The notes: generated by a model not told the origin, from the sequence alone. Positions 23,036 through 34,492 are shown, numbered from the stretch's first letter. The stretch is 42,676 bases of DNA from Chiloscyllium plagiosum (GCF_004010195.1 NC_057718.1:227035-269710), one strand, 5' to 3'. A program made the numbers and translations.

Positions 23036-23650
23036 GTATGCTTGCCTTTATTGGACGGGGTATTGAGTATAAGAGCTGGCAGGTCATGTTAAAATTATAC
23101 AGGACGTTGGTCTGGCCGCATTTAGAATACTGTGTACAGTTCTGGTCCCCACATTACCAAAAGGATGTGGACACCATGGAGAGGGTGCAGAGAAGGTTTA
23201 CGAGGATGTTACCTGGTATGGAAGGTGCTCGCTATGAAGAGAGGTTGAGTAGGTTAGGTTTATTTTCACTAAAAAAAAGGAGATTGAGGGGTTACCTGGT
23301 TAAGGCTTACAAAATCATGAAGGGTATAGACAGGGTGGATAGAGACAAGCTTTTTTCCAGGGAGAGATCACACTTTCAAGGTGAGAGGTGAAAAGTTTAA
23401 GGGGGATACACGAGGCAAGTACTTCACACAGAGGGTGGTGGGTGTCTGGAAAGCGTTGCCAGCAGAGGTGGTAGAGGCAGGCACGGTAGATTCATTTAAG
23501 ATGCATCTGGACAGATGCATGAGTAGGTGGGGAGCAGAGGAATACAGATGCTTAGGAATTGACCAACAGGTTTAGACAGTACATATGGATCAGCTCAGGC
23601 TTGTAGGGCCGAAGGGCCTGTTCCTGGGCTGTAAATTTTCTTTGTTCTTA
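23036..23650 (+). mobile_element. CR1 LINE 3' end
   Basis: Encodes [19 protein letters not shown] and YFTQRVVGVWKALP, then tail gggccgaagggcctgttcc. Confidence 0.9.
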
Positions 23651-23847
23651 CATTATAGGATGTTTGTTTAACGAGTGTCTGAAACCACAAGATTCGACAC
23701 TTAGAAACAGATCACAGTTGAATCCTCCAGCTCAATACTCATAGAACATCTGTCATCTAAAAGGGAATTGGACAAAATTGAGAAATATGCCAACCATCTG
23801 TTATAAACCGAACAATGTGAGTTACCATCCAATCTCAGGAACAATCC

Positions 23848-24463
23848 AGAGGGATCTTGGGGTCTATGTTCATAGATCTTTGAAAGTTGCCACTCAGGTG
23901 GAGTCGTGAAGTGGTGTTGCAGCTGTACAGGACTTTGGTTAGGCCACATTTGGAGTACTGTGTGCAGTTCTGGTCGCCTCACTTTAGGAAAGATGTGGAA
24001 GCTTTGGAGAGGGTGCAGAGAAGATTTACCAGGATGTTGCCTGGAATGGAGAATAGGTCGTACGAGAATAGGTTGAGAGTGCTAGGGCTTTTCTCATTGG
24101 AACGATGAAGGTTGAGGGGTGACTTTTTAGAGGTTTATAAGATGATCAGGGGAATAGATAGAGTAGATAGTCAGAAACTTTTTCCCTGGGTACAACAGAG
24201 TGTTACAAGGGGACATAAATTTAAGGTGAAGGGTGGAAGGTATAGGGGGGATATCAGGGGTATGTTCTTTATCCAGAGAGTGGTGGGGGCATGGAATGCG
24301 CTGCCTGTGGGAGTGGCAGAGTCAGAATCATTGGTGACCTTTAAGCGGCAATTGGATAGGTACATGGATGGGTGCTTAAGCTAGGACAAATGTTCGGCAC
24401 AACATCGTGGGCCGAAGGGCCTGTTCTGTGCTGTATTGTTCTATGTTCTATGTTCCATGACTC
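23848..24463 (+). mobile_element. CR1 LINE 3' end
   Basis: Encodes [19 protein letters not shown] and FIQRVVGAWNALP, then a (TTCTATG)n tail. Confidence 0.9.
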
Positions 24464-25005
24464 TGTTGAGTTGCTGAAAATGAGAAAGGCTATAGCCTTA
24501 AAACTTGTCTTTAAACATTTAGACTAAAATGTAATGCTGAATTATAGAACATATTTGCTGCACTGGAAAATAGACAGGCAGGAAGGATCAGAAAAAGGGG
24601 TGAACTCAAGAAATGCAAAAGATAGGGACATCTGTGCTCACTAGGTGATAACAGGATTCCGTAAGGCAATTAAGAACATTTGCTTTAGTATCAGTGAATC
24701 TGTGTAAACAGGACACCAAGTGATAACATTCACGACTGTTCCCTTGTGAAATTAATGACAGTGTTTGATTCGGACCCTGAAACGAACTCGGTCCTATCAA
24801 AAGCCTTGTAATTAACGGCCAGGTCCTGTCAATGATAATGGATTCTTATTACCCCTTACACAGAGAAAATCATCTTTGCTGTTATAAGACCCTGACTTGA
24901 CAGTTCAAAAGGACACAAGAGAAACAGACCATTTTAGTGCTGAATGTGCTGAACCAGTAGAAAATGAACTCTTATTGCTTACATGCTATGGATTGAATTT
25001 AATTG

Positions 25006-25684
25006 TGTGGGATATAGGTAAAGTAGTGTTACTTCTGCAATCATAATTACTTATGCAAGGTAAATGAACTCGCATCAGTGTATAATTGTTTCAACCAATA
25101 GCTGAGTCAACAAGAATGGAAACTATGTGAAGGAAATACATAATTGTTTTTGTATTAGCTGCAACATGCCTGCAAAGAATGATAGATGTTACAGACAAAT
25201 AGATAAGGTGCTGTGAGGGGAGGGGGTTAAGCTAGATACGCCTGTACAAACAGTAGTTATAAGCATCTGTTTCCCGCTTCTGCAAAAACAAGAACAAAAC
25301 ACAATCAAGAAGTCATGAGGTCATAAGGTCATAACAAGTAAGGGAGGATATACCTGCCCACAGCAGGATGTGGTCAAACGGCCTTGTGAGGCCAGAATAA
25401 GCATTTTGTCACAGACAAGGCCGGATAAGGCAAGAGATGAATAAGAGTAATGGGCGCCGGTCTTAGAGAAGTGGGAGATGTAAACAGGGGAGGAGCAATG
25501 GGAGGAGAGAAGAGAAACAAATTACATAAATGTTGTGTACCAGTTGAATTCAGTGTGTGTGTGTGACTGCCTTTGTACACAGTAGACACCACACCCCTCT
25601 TGCAAGAGCAAAATAAATGACACTACTGATTCAGATCTTGTCTTGGACTGAAATTATTGAAGTGAGTGAGCTTCATTTCTCACA
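25006..25684 (+). repeat. ERV-B 5' LTR (679 bp)
   Basis: TGTGGGATATAGG...TTTCTCACA, direct repeat of 30061-30739, AATAAA at ~25612. Confidence 0.95.
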
Positions 25685-25686
25685 AT

Positions 25687-25704
25687 TGGGGGCTCGTTCG
25701 GGAT
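25687..25704 (+). promoter_or_regulatory. ERV-B primer-binding site, tRNA-Pro
   Basis: TGGGGGCTCGTTCGGGAT, 17/18 match to the tRNA-Pro PBS TGGGGGCTCGTCCGGGAT. Confidence 0.92.
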
Positions 25705-25997
25705 ATTCTTCCATCGCCGGGGAGTGGCTGGCCTTGGGTACTGGGAAGACGCGTCCCGTTCCCCATTGAGGAGCAGTCACATGTCCCGGTTTGGTCTGCT
25801 CCCTTGGTCGACTGGTACGAATCCCACAAGAAAGACATCTGAATCAGACAGTGACGGGAGGTTGATAGACAATACGGCAAAAAGGGGCCAGGCAACTCTG
25901 TGCACAGATCAAAGTAAGAAAATTGACTTTTAAGTCCTGCCTTGGTGGACGAGATTGAGTTTTAGTAGTTAACAAGGGACTAACGAAGGAACTCAAT

Positions 25998-26480
25998 ATG
26001 GGTTGTGCTGTGGGTAAGGAAAAAGCCTCCGGGAGAACAAAAGAAGAAAAAGGCAATGGAAATGGAGGCGTGGTCCCTATCAACATCCCTCCAGAAAGTC
26101 CGTTGGGCAGGATGTTGTGGAATTGGAAAAGGAATACTTGTACAAGGGAAAAAGATGATTAAATATTGTTGCTTTGTATGGACTAAGGAATCCATTCTTC
26201 GTCCCGCCGTCTTCTGGCCAAAGTACGGGTCGGACGAAGACTGGGTTTTTAAATATTTGAATTTATATGTCAATGAAAAACAGCCTTACAGTCAGGAGAA
26301 ATCAGATTATGCTTCAAGTCGGAAGGGCTAGTGGCTGAAGGGCTACTGAGGGTACACTTTGTAACTAAATCATGGCCAGACATCCAGAAAAATATTCAAA
26401 AGATAGAGGGCTGAAGCGAGACGCACCCAGAGGTGTTGTTGCGGGAAGCTCAGAAAGTGCCTGTGAGATATGGTGTGAGA
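25998..26480 (+). pseudogene. gag: ERV-B gag remnants (MA-like N-terminus joined to a capsid C-terminal piece)
   Basis: MGCAVGKE...IPPESPLGRMLW...KMIKYCCFVWTKE..FWPKYG, then LLRVHFVTKSWPDIQK after a large deletion. Confidence 0.8.
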
Positions 26481-26744
26481 GAGAGATAATGAAAAGAGTT
26501 GTACAGTTGGTAGAAAGTTTAACCCTTTGTGATTTGGTTTGAATGCACATTTGTTTGTTGGTGATTGAATGTTTGTGCTTTGTTCCCTGGAGCTTGAGAT
26601 CCGGGACTGTTTTGAATCTGATTTTTATTATGGAAATTTAACATGATTTATTTTAAGGTTAAGTGTCAGTGACCTGTCATATTGATTCATGGTTAATTTA
26701 AAACATGACTGCGTTAATTCATTGTTAATTAAAGAATGGAAAGC

Positions 26745-27214
26745 TACATTACTGGCTGATGAGGTAACGAAAGAAGCAGCTCTGAATCCACAGGAAGCGG
26801 TGGTTTATTCCGTAATACCTACTGTCCCAAGTCCTCGGGAAGCTCCTATCTCTGGCCACTGCCAATTCCCGAAACTAAAGATTTGTTTTTAAAGAAGTAT
26901 ACACTGGGCTTGTCCTCCTCTTTGTCTTTCCTCAGGAAACAGGGTTTATTGGCACAGATTCCACCCCTTGAATTCACCGTTCATCCCGGCCGGGCAATTG
27001 GGTCTTAGTAAAATCATGGACAGAGACTAAATTGCAGCCGGACTGGGAAGGGCCGTACCAGGCTCTTTTGACCGAAACAGCAATAAGGACAGCGGAGAAA
27101 GGCTGGACTCACTACACTCGGATCAAAGGGCCAGTGGACCCTCCAGTGGAGGAAGAAGTCTGGACAGCCGAATCAACGCAAGACCCGCTGAAACTCAGAC
27201 TGAAGAGACTTTGA
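26745..27214 (+). pseudogene. pol: ERV-B pol remnants (RNase H end fused to integrase C-terminus)
   Basis: LADEVTKEAALNPQE...PREAPI joined to LPIPETKDLFLKKY...WEGPYQ...LRLKRL*. Confidence 0.85.
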
Positions 27215-27280
27215 GTAACTGATTAAACAGTGGCGACGCGAGCGCGGGATTATTTCTGTAGGATTGTATATTAAGTCTTT

Positions 27281-30037
27281 TTGTGCTTCAACATGATTTT
27301 TAGAATGGTGGGGATGCTTCGGGTTATGATACAAGCTCTCTTAATATTGGGATTTTGTCAAACATTATTTTCATATGTGTTATTAATGGTCCCTGAGTCT
27401 GATAATCCACAAGTAATAGACGCTTATGCATGTAGCTTAGTAAATTGTGGGGATGTAGATAATCAGAGACAGTACCGCAGCTCTGAGATACATCTTAAGT
27501 CCATATGGGGATGGCCTCGGGGATGGTACTTGGTATAATGGTCTTGTCACAGTACACCAGGCCCCCTTCCGATCAGTTCTCGATTGTCCCGATAAAGAGC
27601 GTAACCCAATATACATAACGATAAAGAAAATCACATGGTCTGAAGCGATTGTCGGGGTGGGGGGGCACCTGTCAGGTACAATTAAATGAAACATTTGGGA
27701 TAGAATTGAAAGCAAACGAGAAGGATTTCTCGGGCTGTTGTTTTCGAATTAGCATAGGATAGGGAAAACGGGTAGAACTACTGGGTAATAAGATACAACC
27801 TTTCACCCCTCCTGATGACCCTAAAGTAGTAAAAAGTATAGAGGTAAAGGACTTGAAACATACCATCGAAATAGAAACTGGGTACGGGGATGCAAATGCC
27901 TGGGTTGAATGGGTAAAGTATACTGTAAAAAGTCTGAACAAGTGCACTTGATATGCATGTGTCTCCGGTAGGCCAGTGGCCCAGGTGGTTCCTTTTCTGC
28001 TCGGGTGGAAGCGAGACAGGAAAGGCATGAAATGTATGATAGCCCTGTATCAGGATGAGGCTGCATGGTATGATAGAATTGTACCTCCCTATCTCTGATG
28101 TTCCCTCCCTTGGAGAAGAAAGACTTAAAAGCACCACCCCCCCACTACGTTTTCTGCTGCAGTTGGAAATCACATGATGTGTGTGCGTAGACGAGGTACA
28201 AGTCGGTCTAGAGATCTGGGGGAGCTGAAATTATGTACAGAGATTAAGAATGTTACCAAAATGGAGAAGGGAGGGAACTACTCAGCACTAAAGGTTCCCC
28301 GAGCGGATCTGTGGTGGTACTGTGGAGGCAAAATATTGCGACCCACCCTACCTCCGGATTGGAGAGGGATATGTGCAATTGTACAATTGGCAATTCCATT
28401 TACCCTGGCAGTTGAGAAGGAAAAGATAGTAGAGAAAAATGGTAGGAGTAAGAGATCACTGTTAGACACTTCTTTCGATGGCAAGATTTATCTAGACTCT
28501 ATAAGACCATAAGACCATAAGACATAGGAGTGGAAGTAAGGCCATTCGGCCCATCGAGTCCACTCCGCCATTCAATCATGGCTGATGCGCATTTCAGCTC
28601 CACTTACCAGCGTTCTCCCCGTAGCCCTTAATTCCTCGAGACAACAAGAATCTATCAATCTCGGCCTTGAAGACATTTAGCGTCCCGGCTTCCACTGCAC
28701 TCCGTGGCAATGAATTCCACAGGCCCACCACTCTCTGGCTGAAGAAATGTCTCCGCATTTCTGTTCTGAAATGACCCCCTCTAATTCTAAGGCTGTGTCC
28801 ACGGGTCCTAGTCTCCTCGTTTAACTGAAACAATTTCCTAGCATCCACCTTTTCCAAGCCATGTATTATTTTGTACGTCTCTATTAAGTCTCCCCTTAAT
28901 CTTCTAAACTCCAACGAATACAATCCCAGTATCCTCAGCCGTTCCTCATATGTTAGACCTGTCATTCCAGGGATCATCTGTGTGAATCTCCGCTGGACAC
29001 GTTCCAGTGCCAGTATGTCCTTCCTGAGGTGTGGGGACCAAAACTGGACACAGTACTCCAAATGGGGCCTAACCAGAGCTTTATAAAGTCTTAGTAGTAC
29101 ATCTCTGCTTTTATATTCCAACCCTCTTGAGATAAGAGACAACATTGCATTCGCTTTCTTAATCACGGACTCAACCTGCATGTTTACCTTTAGAGAATCC
29201 TCGACTAGCACTCCCAGATCCCTTTGTGCTTTGGCTTTATTAATTTTCTCACCATTTAGAAAGTAGTCTATGCTTTTATTCTTTTTGCCAAAGTGCAATT
29301 CCTCACACTTGCTCACGTTAGGAGTCCCTAGGGGGATACCTGATGAGTTCAAGGCTTGTAACCAGATTGCAGCAGGCTTTGAGTCAGCTCTCTTTTGGTG
29401 GGTAACGATTAATAAAAATGTAGATTGGATAAATTACATTTTCTATAATCAACAGTGATTTATTAATTATACAAGAGATGCGGTTAAAGGAATACCAGAA
29501 CAGCTTGATGTGACAAGTAGGATGGCATGGGGGAACAGAATGGCCCTTGATATGATACTAGCGGAAAAAGGGTGTGTGTGTGTGATGTTAGGAGGAAGCT
29601 GTTGTACCTTTATTCCTAATAACACTGCGCCTGATGATTCAATTACTCGGGCCTTAAGGGGCTTGACTACCTTAGAAGAGGAACTGGCTGAGAATTCAGG
29701 ATTAGATGCAACTCTCATGGGATGGCATGAATCATGGTTTGGAAAATGGAAGCAGGTGGTAGTCTCCATCCTTACTTCCCTGATAGTAGTAGCTGGGGTA
29801 TTGGTAGCCATAGGTTGTTGCATCATACCCTGTATACGAGGGCTCACCCAAAGACTGATTGAGACAGCCTTGATGAAACAGATGCCCCTAAAGAGCATTC
29901 AGAAAGAAGGGCTCTACCTGTTAAACAATGAAGGAATAAGTGACCTCAGGGAGATTTCGAAAATAAATGAAATTTTGGGTAAGATGCTCATCAATTTGGA
30001 AGTGACAGACAAGAAAAATGCAGAAGGTAACAAATGA
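27281..30037 (+). pseudogene. env: ERV-B envelope, disrupted by stops and a CR1 insertion
   Basis: *YAC (broken CXXC), LWWYCGG, furin site RSKR, GVPRGIPDEFKA, NRMALDMILAEKG (ISD-like), CVMLGGSCC and TM anchor. Confidence 0.92.
28504..29318 (-). mobile_element. Young CR1 LINE 3' end inserted antisense in ERV-B env
   Basis: Uninterrupted ~240-aa CR1 ORF2 C-terminus and tail (CTTATGGT)n. It splits env codons ATA|GGA (DSI|GVPRG). Confidence 0.92.
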
Positions 30038-30042
30038 TAATT

Positions 30043-30058
30043 AAAGAAAAAGGTGGAA
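30043..30058 (+). promoter_or_regulatory. ERV-B polypurine tract
   Basis: AAAGAAAAAGGTGGAA followed by AT and the 3' LTR TG at 30061. Confidence 0.88.
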
Positions 30059-30060
30059 AT

Positions 30061-30739
30061 TGTGGGACATAGGTAGCGTTACTTCTGCAATCATATTTAC
30101 TTATGCAAGGTAAATGAACTCGCACCAGTGTATAAATATTTCAGCCAAGAGCTGAGTCAACAAGAATGGAAACTATGTGAAGGAAATACATAATTGTTTT
30201 TGTATTAGCTGAAATGTGCCTGCAAAGAATGATAGATGTTACAGACAAATAGATAAGGTGCTGTGAGGGGAGGGGGTTAAGCTAGATACGCCTGTACAAA
30301 CAGTAGTTATAGGCATCTGTTTCCCGCTTCTGCAAAAACAAGAACAAAACACAATCAAGAAGTCATGAGGTCATAAGGTCATAACAAGTAAGGGAGGATA
30401 TACCTAACAATGGACCGCAGCAGGATGTGGTCAAACGGCCTTGTGAGGCCAGAAATAAGCATTTTGTCACAGACAAGGCCGGATAAGGCAAGAGATGAAC
30501 AAGAGTAATGGGCGCCGGTCTTAGAGAAGTGGGAGATGTAAACAGGGGAGGAGCAATGGGAGGAGAGAATAGGGACCAAATTACATAAATGTTGTGTACT
30601 AGTTGAATTCAGTGTGTGTGTCCCTGCCTTGTGGACAGTGGACACCACACCCTCTTGCAAGAGCAAAATAAATGACACTACTGATTCAGATCTTGTCTCC
30701 GACTGAAATTATTGAAGTGAGTGAGCTTCGTTTCTCACA
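30061..30739 (+). repeat. ERV-B 3' LTR (679 bp)
   Basis: Direct repeat of 25006-25684, followed by TSD ATTG. Confidence 0.95.
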
Positions 30740-31179
30740 ATTGCATTTTGGGACTTTATGATGATAATGAGTAGCCATTACCAGTTACTAAATACAAACT
30801 CTGTAAAATGTACTATTGATGAAGCTTTAACTTACTTGCTGTTCTTGCAGACTACTCTGCAGACCTTACAGACTGCCCCACTGTCAATTCTAACTAATCA
30901 GATCTTATGACTTATTTGAATTTGAATCACAACACTGAAAAGAAAGCACATTTAATTCAAAGACTAATGAATCAGTTTAAATGCAGTCTTACAATAACAT
31001 CTCAGCCTCAGTTACAAAATGATTCAGTGCAAAAAAGCAGTAGTCTACTCCTAGCTTAGAAATTATTCTAAGGCCAACATTGACGAGATTCTGGCACAAT
31101 GTGTCAGGAAGCCATTTTATGGTCAAAGGTTTGCCCTCCTTGCTAGGAAGCCATTTTGAAAAGCAATTGTATCTGACAT

Positions 31180-31520
31180 GCTGTTGACCCCGGGAAACAT
31201 CGAGGAGCTCCAGAGGGACTACTCAGGTTGGAGAACCGTGAAGCCCCTCTTTGAATCCCCAGCGGACTAGTGGAAAACAGTAAAAGGGAATATCAAGAGG
31301 TTCTTCATCCTCAAAGGTGTTCAGGAGGCGAGAGAGAGGCAGGGAAAACTGTCCCAGCTCCAGGAAAGTATGCAGAACCTGCACCTGCTGCAGACGATGG
31401 GGGTGGATGTCACGGAGGACCTCCAGGAGGTGAAGGGCCAGCAGGCCTCGCTCTTTGCCTTGGAGGCCTCCAAGATGATCTTCCGGTCCAGGGTCCGCTC
31501 GGTGGAGCAGGACGAGAAGA
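31180..31520 (+). mobile_element. Tx1/L1-clade ORF2 fragment (between endonuclease and RT)
   Basis: WKTVKGNIKRFFILKG...ASKMIFRSRVRSVEQDEK matches the L1/Tx1 RSR..W.E.GEK region. Confidence 0.7.
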
Positions 31521-32130
31521 TGTATAGCACGAAAACAGACCCTTCGGTCCAACTTGTCCATGCCAGTCAGATATTCTATATTAATCTAGTCCCACTTGCC
31601 AGTATTTGGGCAATGTCCCTTTAAACTCTTCCTCTTCATATACCCATCCAGATGCCTTTTAAAAATGTTGCAATTGTACCAACCTCCACCACTTCCTCTG
31701 GCAGTTCATTCCACGCACGCACCACCCGCTGTGTGAAAAGGTTACCCTTAAATCCCTTTTAAACACTTCCCATCTCATCTTAAACGTATACCCTCTAGTT
31801 TTGATCTCCGCCACCCCTTGGCTACTCATTCTATCCAGGCCTCTCATGATTTTATAAAGCTCTATTAGGTCACCCCTCAGCCTCCGACGCTCCAGGGAAA
31901 ACAGTCCCAGCCTATTCAGCCTCTCTCTATAGCTCAAACCCTGCAAACCTGGCAACATCCTTGTAAATCTTTACTGAACCCTTTCAAGTGTCACAACATC
32001 TCAACCCTTTCAAGTTTCACAACAGGGAGACCAGAATTGAAGGTAGTATTCCAAAAAAAGGCCTAATCGACCAGATCAACACCTCTACTCAATGCTCTGA
32101 TCAATAAAGGATGTGTACCAAACATCTTGG
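31520..32130 (-). mobile_element. CR1 LINE 3' end
   Basis: Encodes [37 protein letters not shown]. Confidence 0.88.
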
Positions 32131-32669
32131 TAAAATCTAGTCAGTGTCGCTCTTAGTGGAGCAACTGCCCATAATTCTACTGAGCAAACTGTGCAAAATA
32201 TTCATTAAAAAGCAACATTGCTAGATAGCCATTAAATTTGCTGACACTCTTTCGTGCCTTTGCAGTATAAATAGGACAGTCATTTGGGATCAGGAAGTTT
32301 CCTTTCACAGCTGCTGATTTAACATTTGCAACTTTGCCTATACGTCACCCAGTTGAGTCACCATCCTGTTCCACCTGCTGCCTGAATATCTGCTGAAATG
32401 TAAAACACACTAATCTGACAGTAAAACTGCAACAAGGCAGTTACAACACTGTGCCTCATGAGCCACTTCCACCTCACACCTGGACATTGCTGTCACTATG
32501 TAAGATCTCCTCTGGGAATAATTGAGTGAGATTCAGCATATTCAGCTTTCTATAACCAGAACTAATCACACTTTGCATTAACTCTTTGAGGTATCTTTAA
32601 AGAAATGGATTAAGAATTTCGGGAGCTGTTTGCAGTAACTGAATAATGAACAATTTGATTAATAATTTG

Positions 32670-32805
32670 GTAATTTATCATTGACCAGCAATTGAATTGT
32701 ACTTACCATATCAATACAGTGGATACAACAGCAAGTCAGACGCTGGGAAGCCTGCAACAGAAGACTGACTTCCTGACTCTCAAAGCCTGCCCAACATCCA
32801 TAAAA
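32670..32805 (+). mobile_element. Old CR1/L2-type RT C-terminal fragment
   Basis: Encodes IDQQLNCTYHINTVDTTASQTLGSL. Confidence 0.5.
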
Positions 32806-33691
32806 GATCACCTGTCCTTCGTGGAGAAGTTTATGAAGAAAAACACCTCTGACCACAAGTCCATCAGGAAGTGGTCAGCACCAGCAGGAAGTGGTGAGAC
32901 CCTTTGGGAAAAGGAGAGGGCGGATCCTATCGAGCGGTTCCCTGAGCAGACTGTCAAAGCCATTTGGCAGAATGCCTCATCGCCAGAACTTTCCAACAAG
33001 CACCAAGACATGGCTTGGCTGGTGGTGAGAAGGGCTCTGCCTGTGAGATCCTTTATGCACGCCCGGACTCTCAGCCGCACCGCACGCTGCCCTTGAAGCA
33101 GCTGTCGGGTGGACGAGACTGTCACACACCTCCTTCTGGAATGTGCCTACGCAGAAGAAGTCTGGAGAGGAATGCAGTGATGTTTGCCGAGGTTCGTCCC
33201 AAGCAGCGCCGTGACGCGGGACTCCATGGTCTACGGTCTGTTCCCTGGGACGCACACCGAGACGAACATCAACTGTGACTGGAGGATCATCAACTCGGTG
33301 AAGGACGCTCTCTGGGTGGTCCGAAACCTGCTGATCTTTCAGCTGAAGGAGTTGACCCCGACTGAGTGTTGCAGACTGGCACATTCCCAGGTCCAGGATT
33401 ACGTGTTGAGGGACGCGCTGAAGTCTGGGGCAGCTGCTGCCGAGGCGCGGTGGGGAAAGACCACCGTGTAACATCTGCCTGCCTAAAGAAGAACAGGGGG
33501 CCCACGCAGTCTTTTGGGCTCTGCTGACGCCTTAGCAGAAGAGCTGGATAGTCAATGTACAGATTTGTATAAATTAATAATAAATTTTGATATCTTTATG
33601 TAAAGCAATGTAATGTGTGCACAAAAATGGCATGACCAATTGTACAGAGATCCAAATAATTTTATGAATAAAGTATATTTTTGAAATAAAA
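32806..33691 (+). mobile_element. Tx1/L1-clade LINE 3' end
   Basis: Encodes ELSNKHQDMAWLVVRRALPVR...RCP..C..DETVTHLLLEC...VW (CCHC region), followed by a 3' UTR with two AATAAA. Confidence 0.85.
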
Positions 33692-34492
33692 CAATCTGAC
33701 ATGTGAGCTGTGCAAGGTTACCTTATGAACTCTCCAATTAGCTCAGACTGGTACCTCTTTATGATAGTTTATCTTGCTAGCAGGTGCTTAACTCAGCTGG
33801 GTATGTTTTTCCCACCAGATGAATGGCTTAGGGCCTGTAGGAGTGATTAGTCAAGCGTACAGCGACCTGTCAATTAACTTTTCTTCCTGATGAATTATTG
33901 TCTTTCACTGTTACCTGTCTAATTAAGAACATGCAATGTTTTTGTAAATGTTTGTATAAAGGAAGCCACTTTGTATCAGTACATTGGAGTACCCTGCTAA
34001 AGCTGGTACCCTGCTCTCCTAGGTTATTAGAACCGAGTTAGCTTAGCTTATAGGTATCAGTGTCATGTTGTAACAGTGATGCTATTGGTAAATAAAGGGG
34101 ATGACTAAAATTAAACTAATCTGTCTGTAAGAGGTTTTTTTTATTCCAGACTTCCAAAGGGTACAATCTCCAGGATGAACCAAGAGAGATAGGCTTACAG
34201 GTCTGAGTCCACAAAGGATTCCCTTGGCCGTCTCAAATCTGTACTTTATCTAAAATTCAGACAAGGGGCTCAGGGAGCACTCATTTAGTCTCTTTAACAT
34301 TTATACAATTTTTACATAAAGTCAAAAGTTTTCATTTTGCATTTATCAAGGCAGATACACAGACTGTAAGAAACGCTTCTATTTGAATGTCCCCGATGGG
34401 CTGTGTGCTGAACCAGCCTACGCTTTCAAACTTCAGAACATTATGTACAATATTAGATATAATTCTGCTGTTGGACGAAATGTACTAAACAA

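Larger units (their letters stand above)
25006..30739 (+). mobile_element. ERV-B: internally deleted class I endogenous retrovirus related to ERV-A
   Basis: Two 679-bp TG..CA LTRs, ATTG target-site duplication (25002-25005 and 30740-30743), tRNA-Pro PBS, gag and pol remnants, env and PPT. Confidence 0.95.

Noticed and set aside
29510..30037. Intact 175-aa TM ORF as a domesticated env gene
   Set aside because: There is an upstream in-frame stop (29456-29458), a CR1 insertion and SU stops. No signal peptide is attached and there is no evidence of selection.
33885..33900. CTGATGA as a hammerhead core
   Set aside because: No helix II or GAAA follows.
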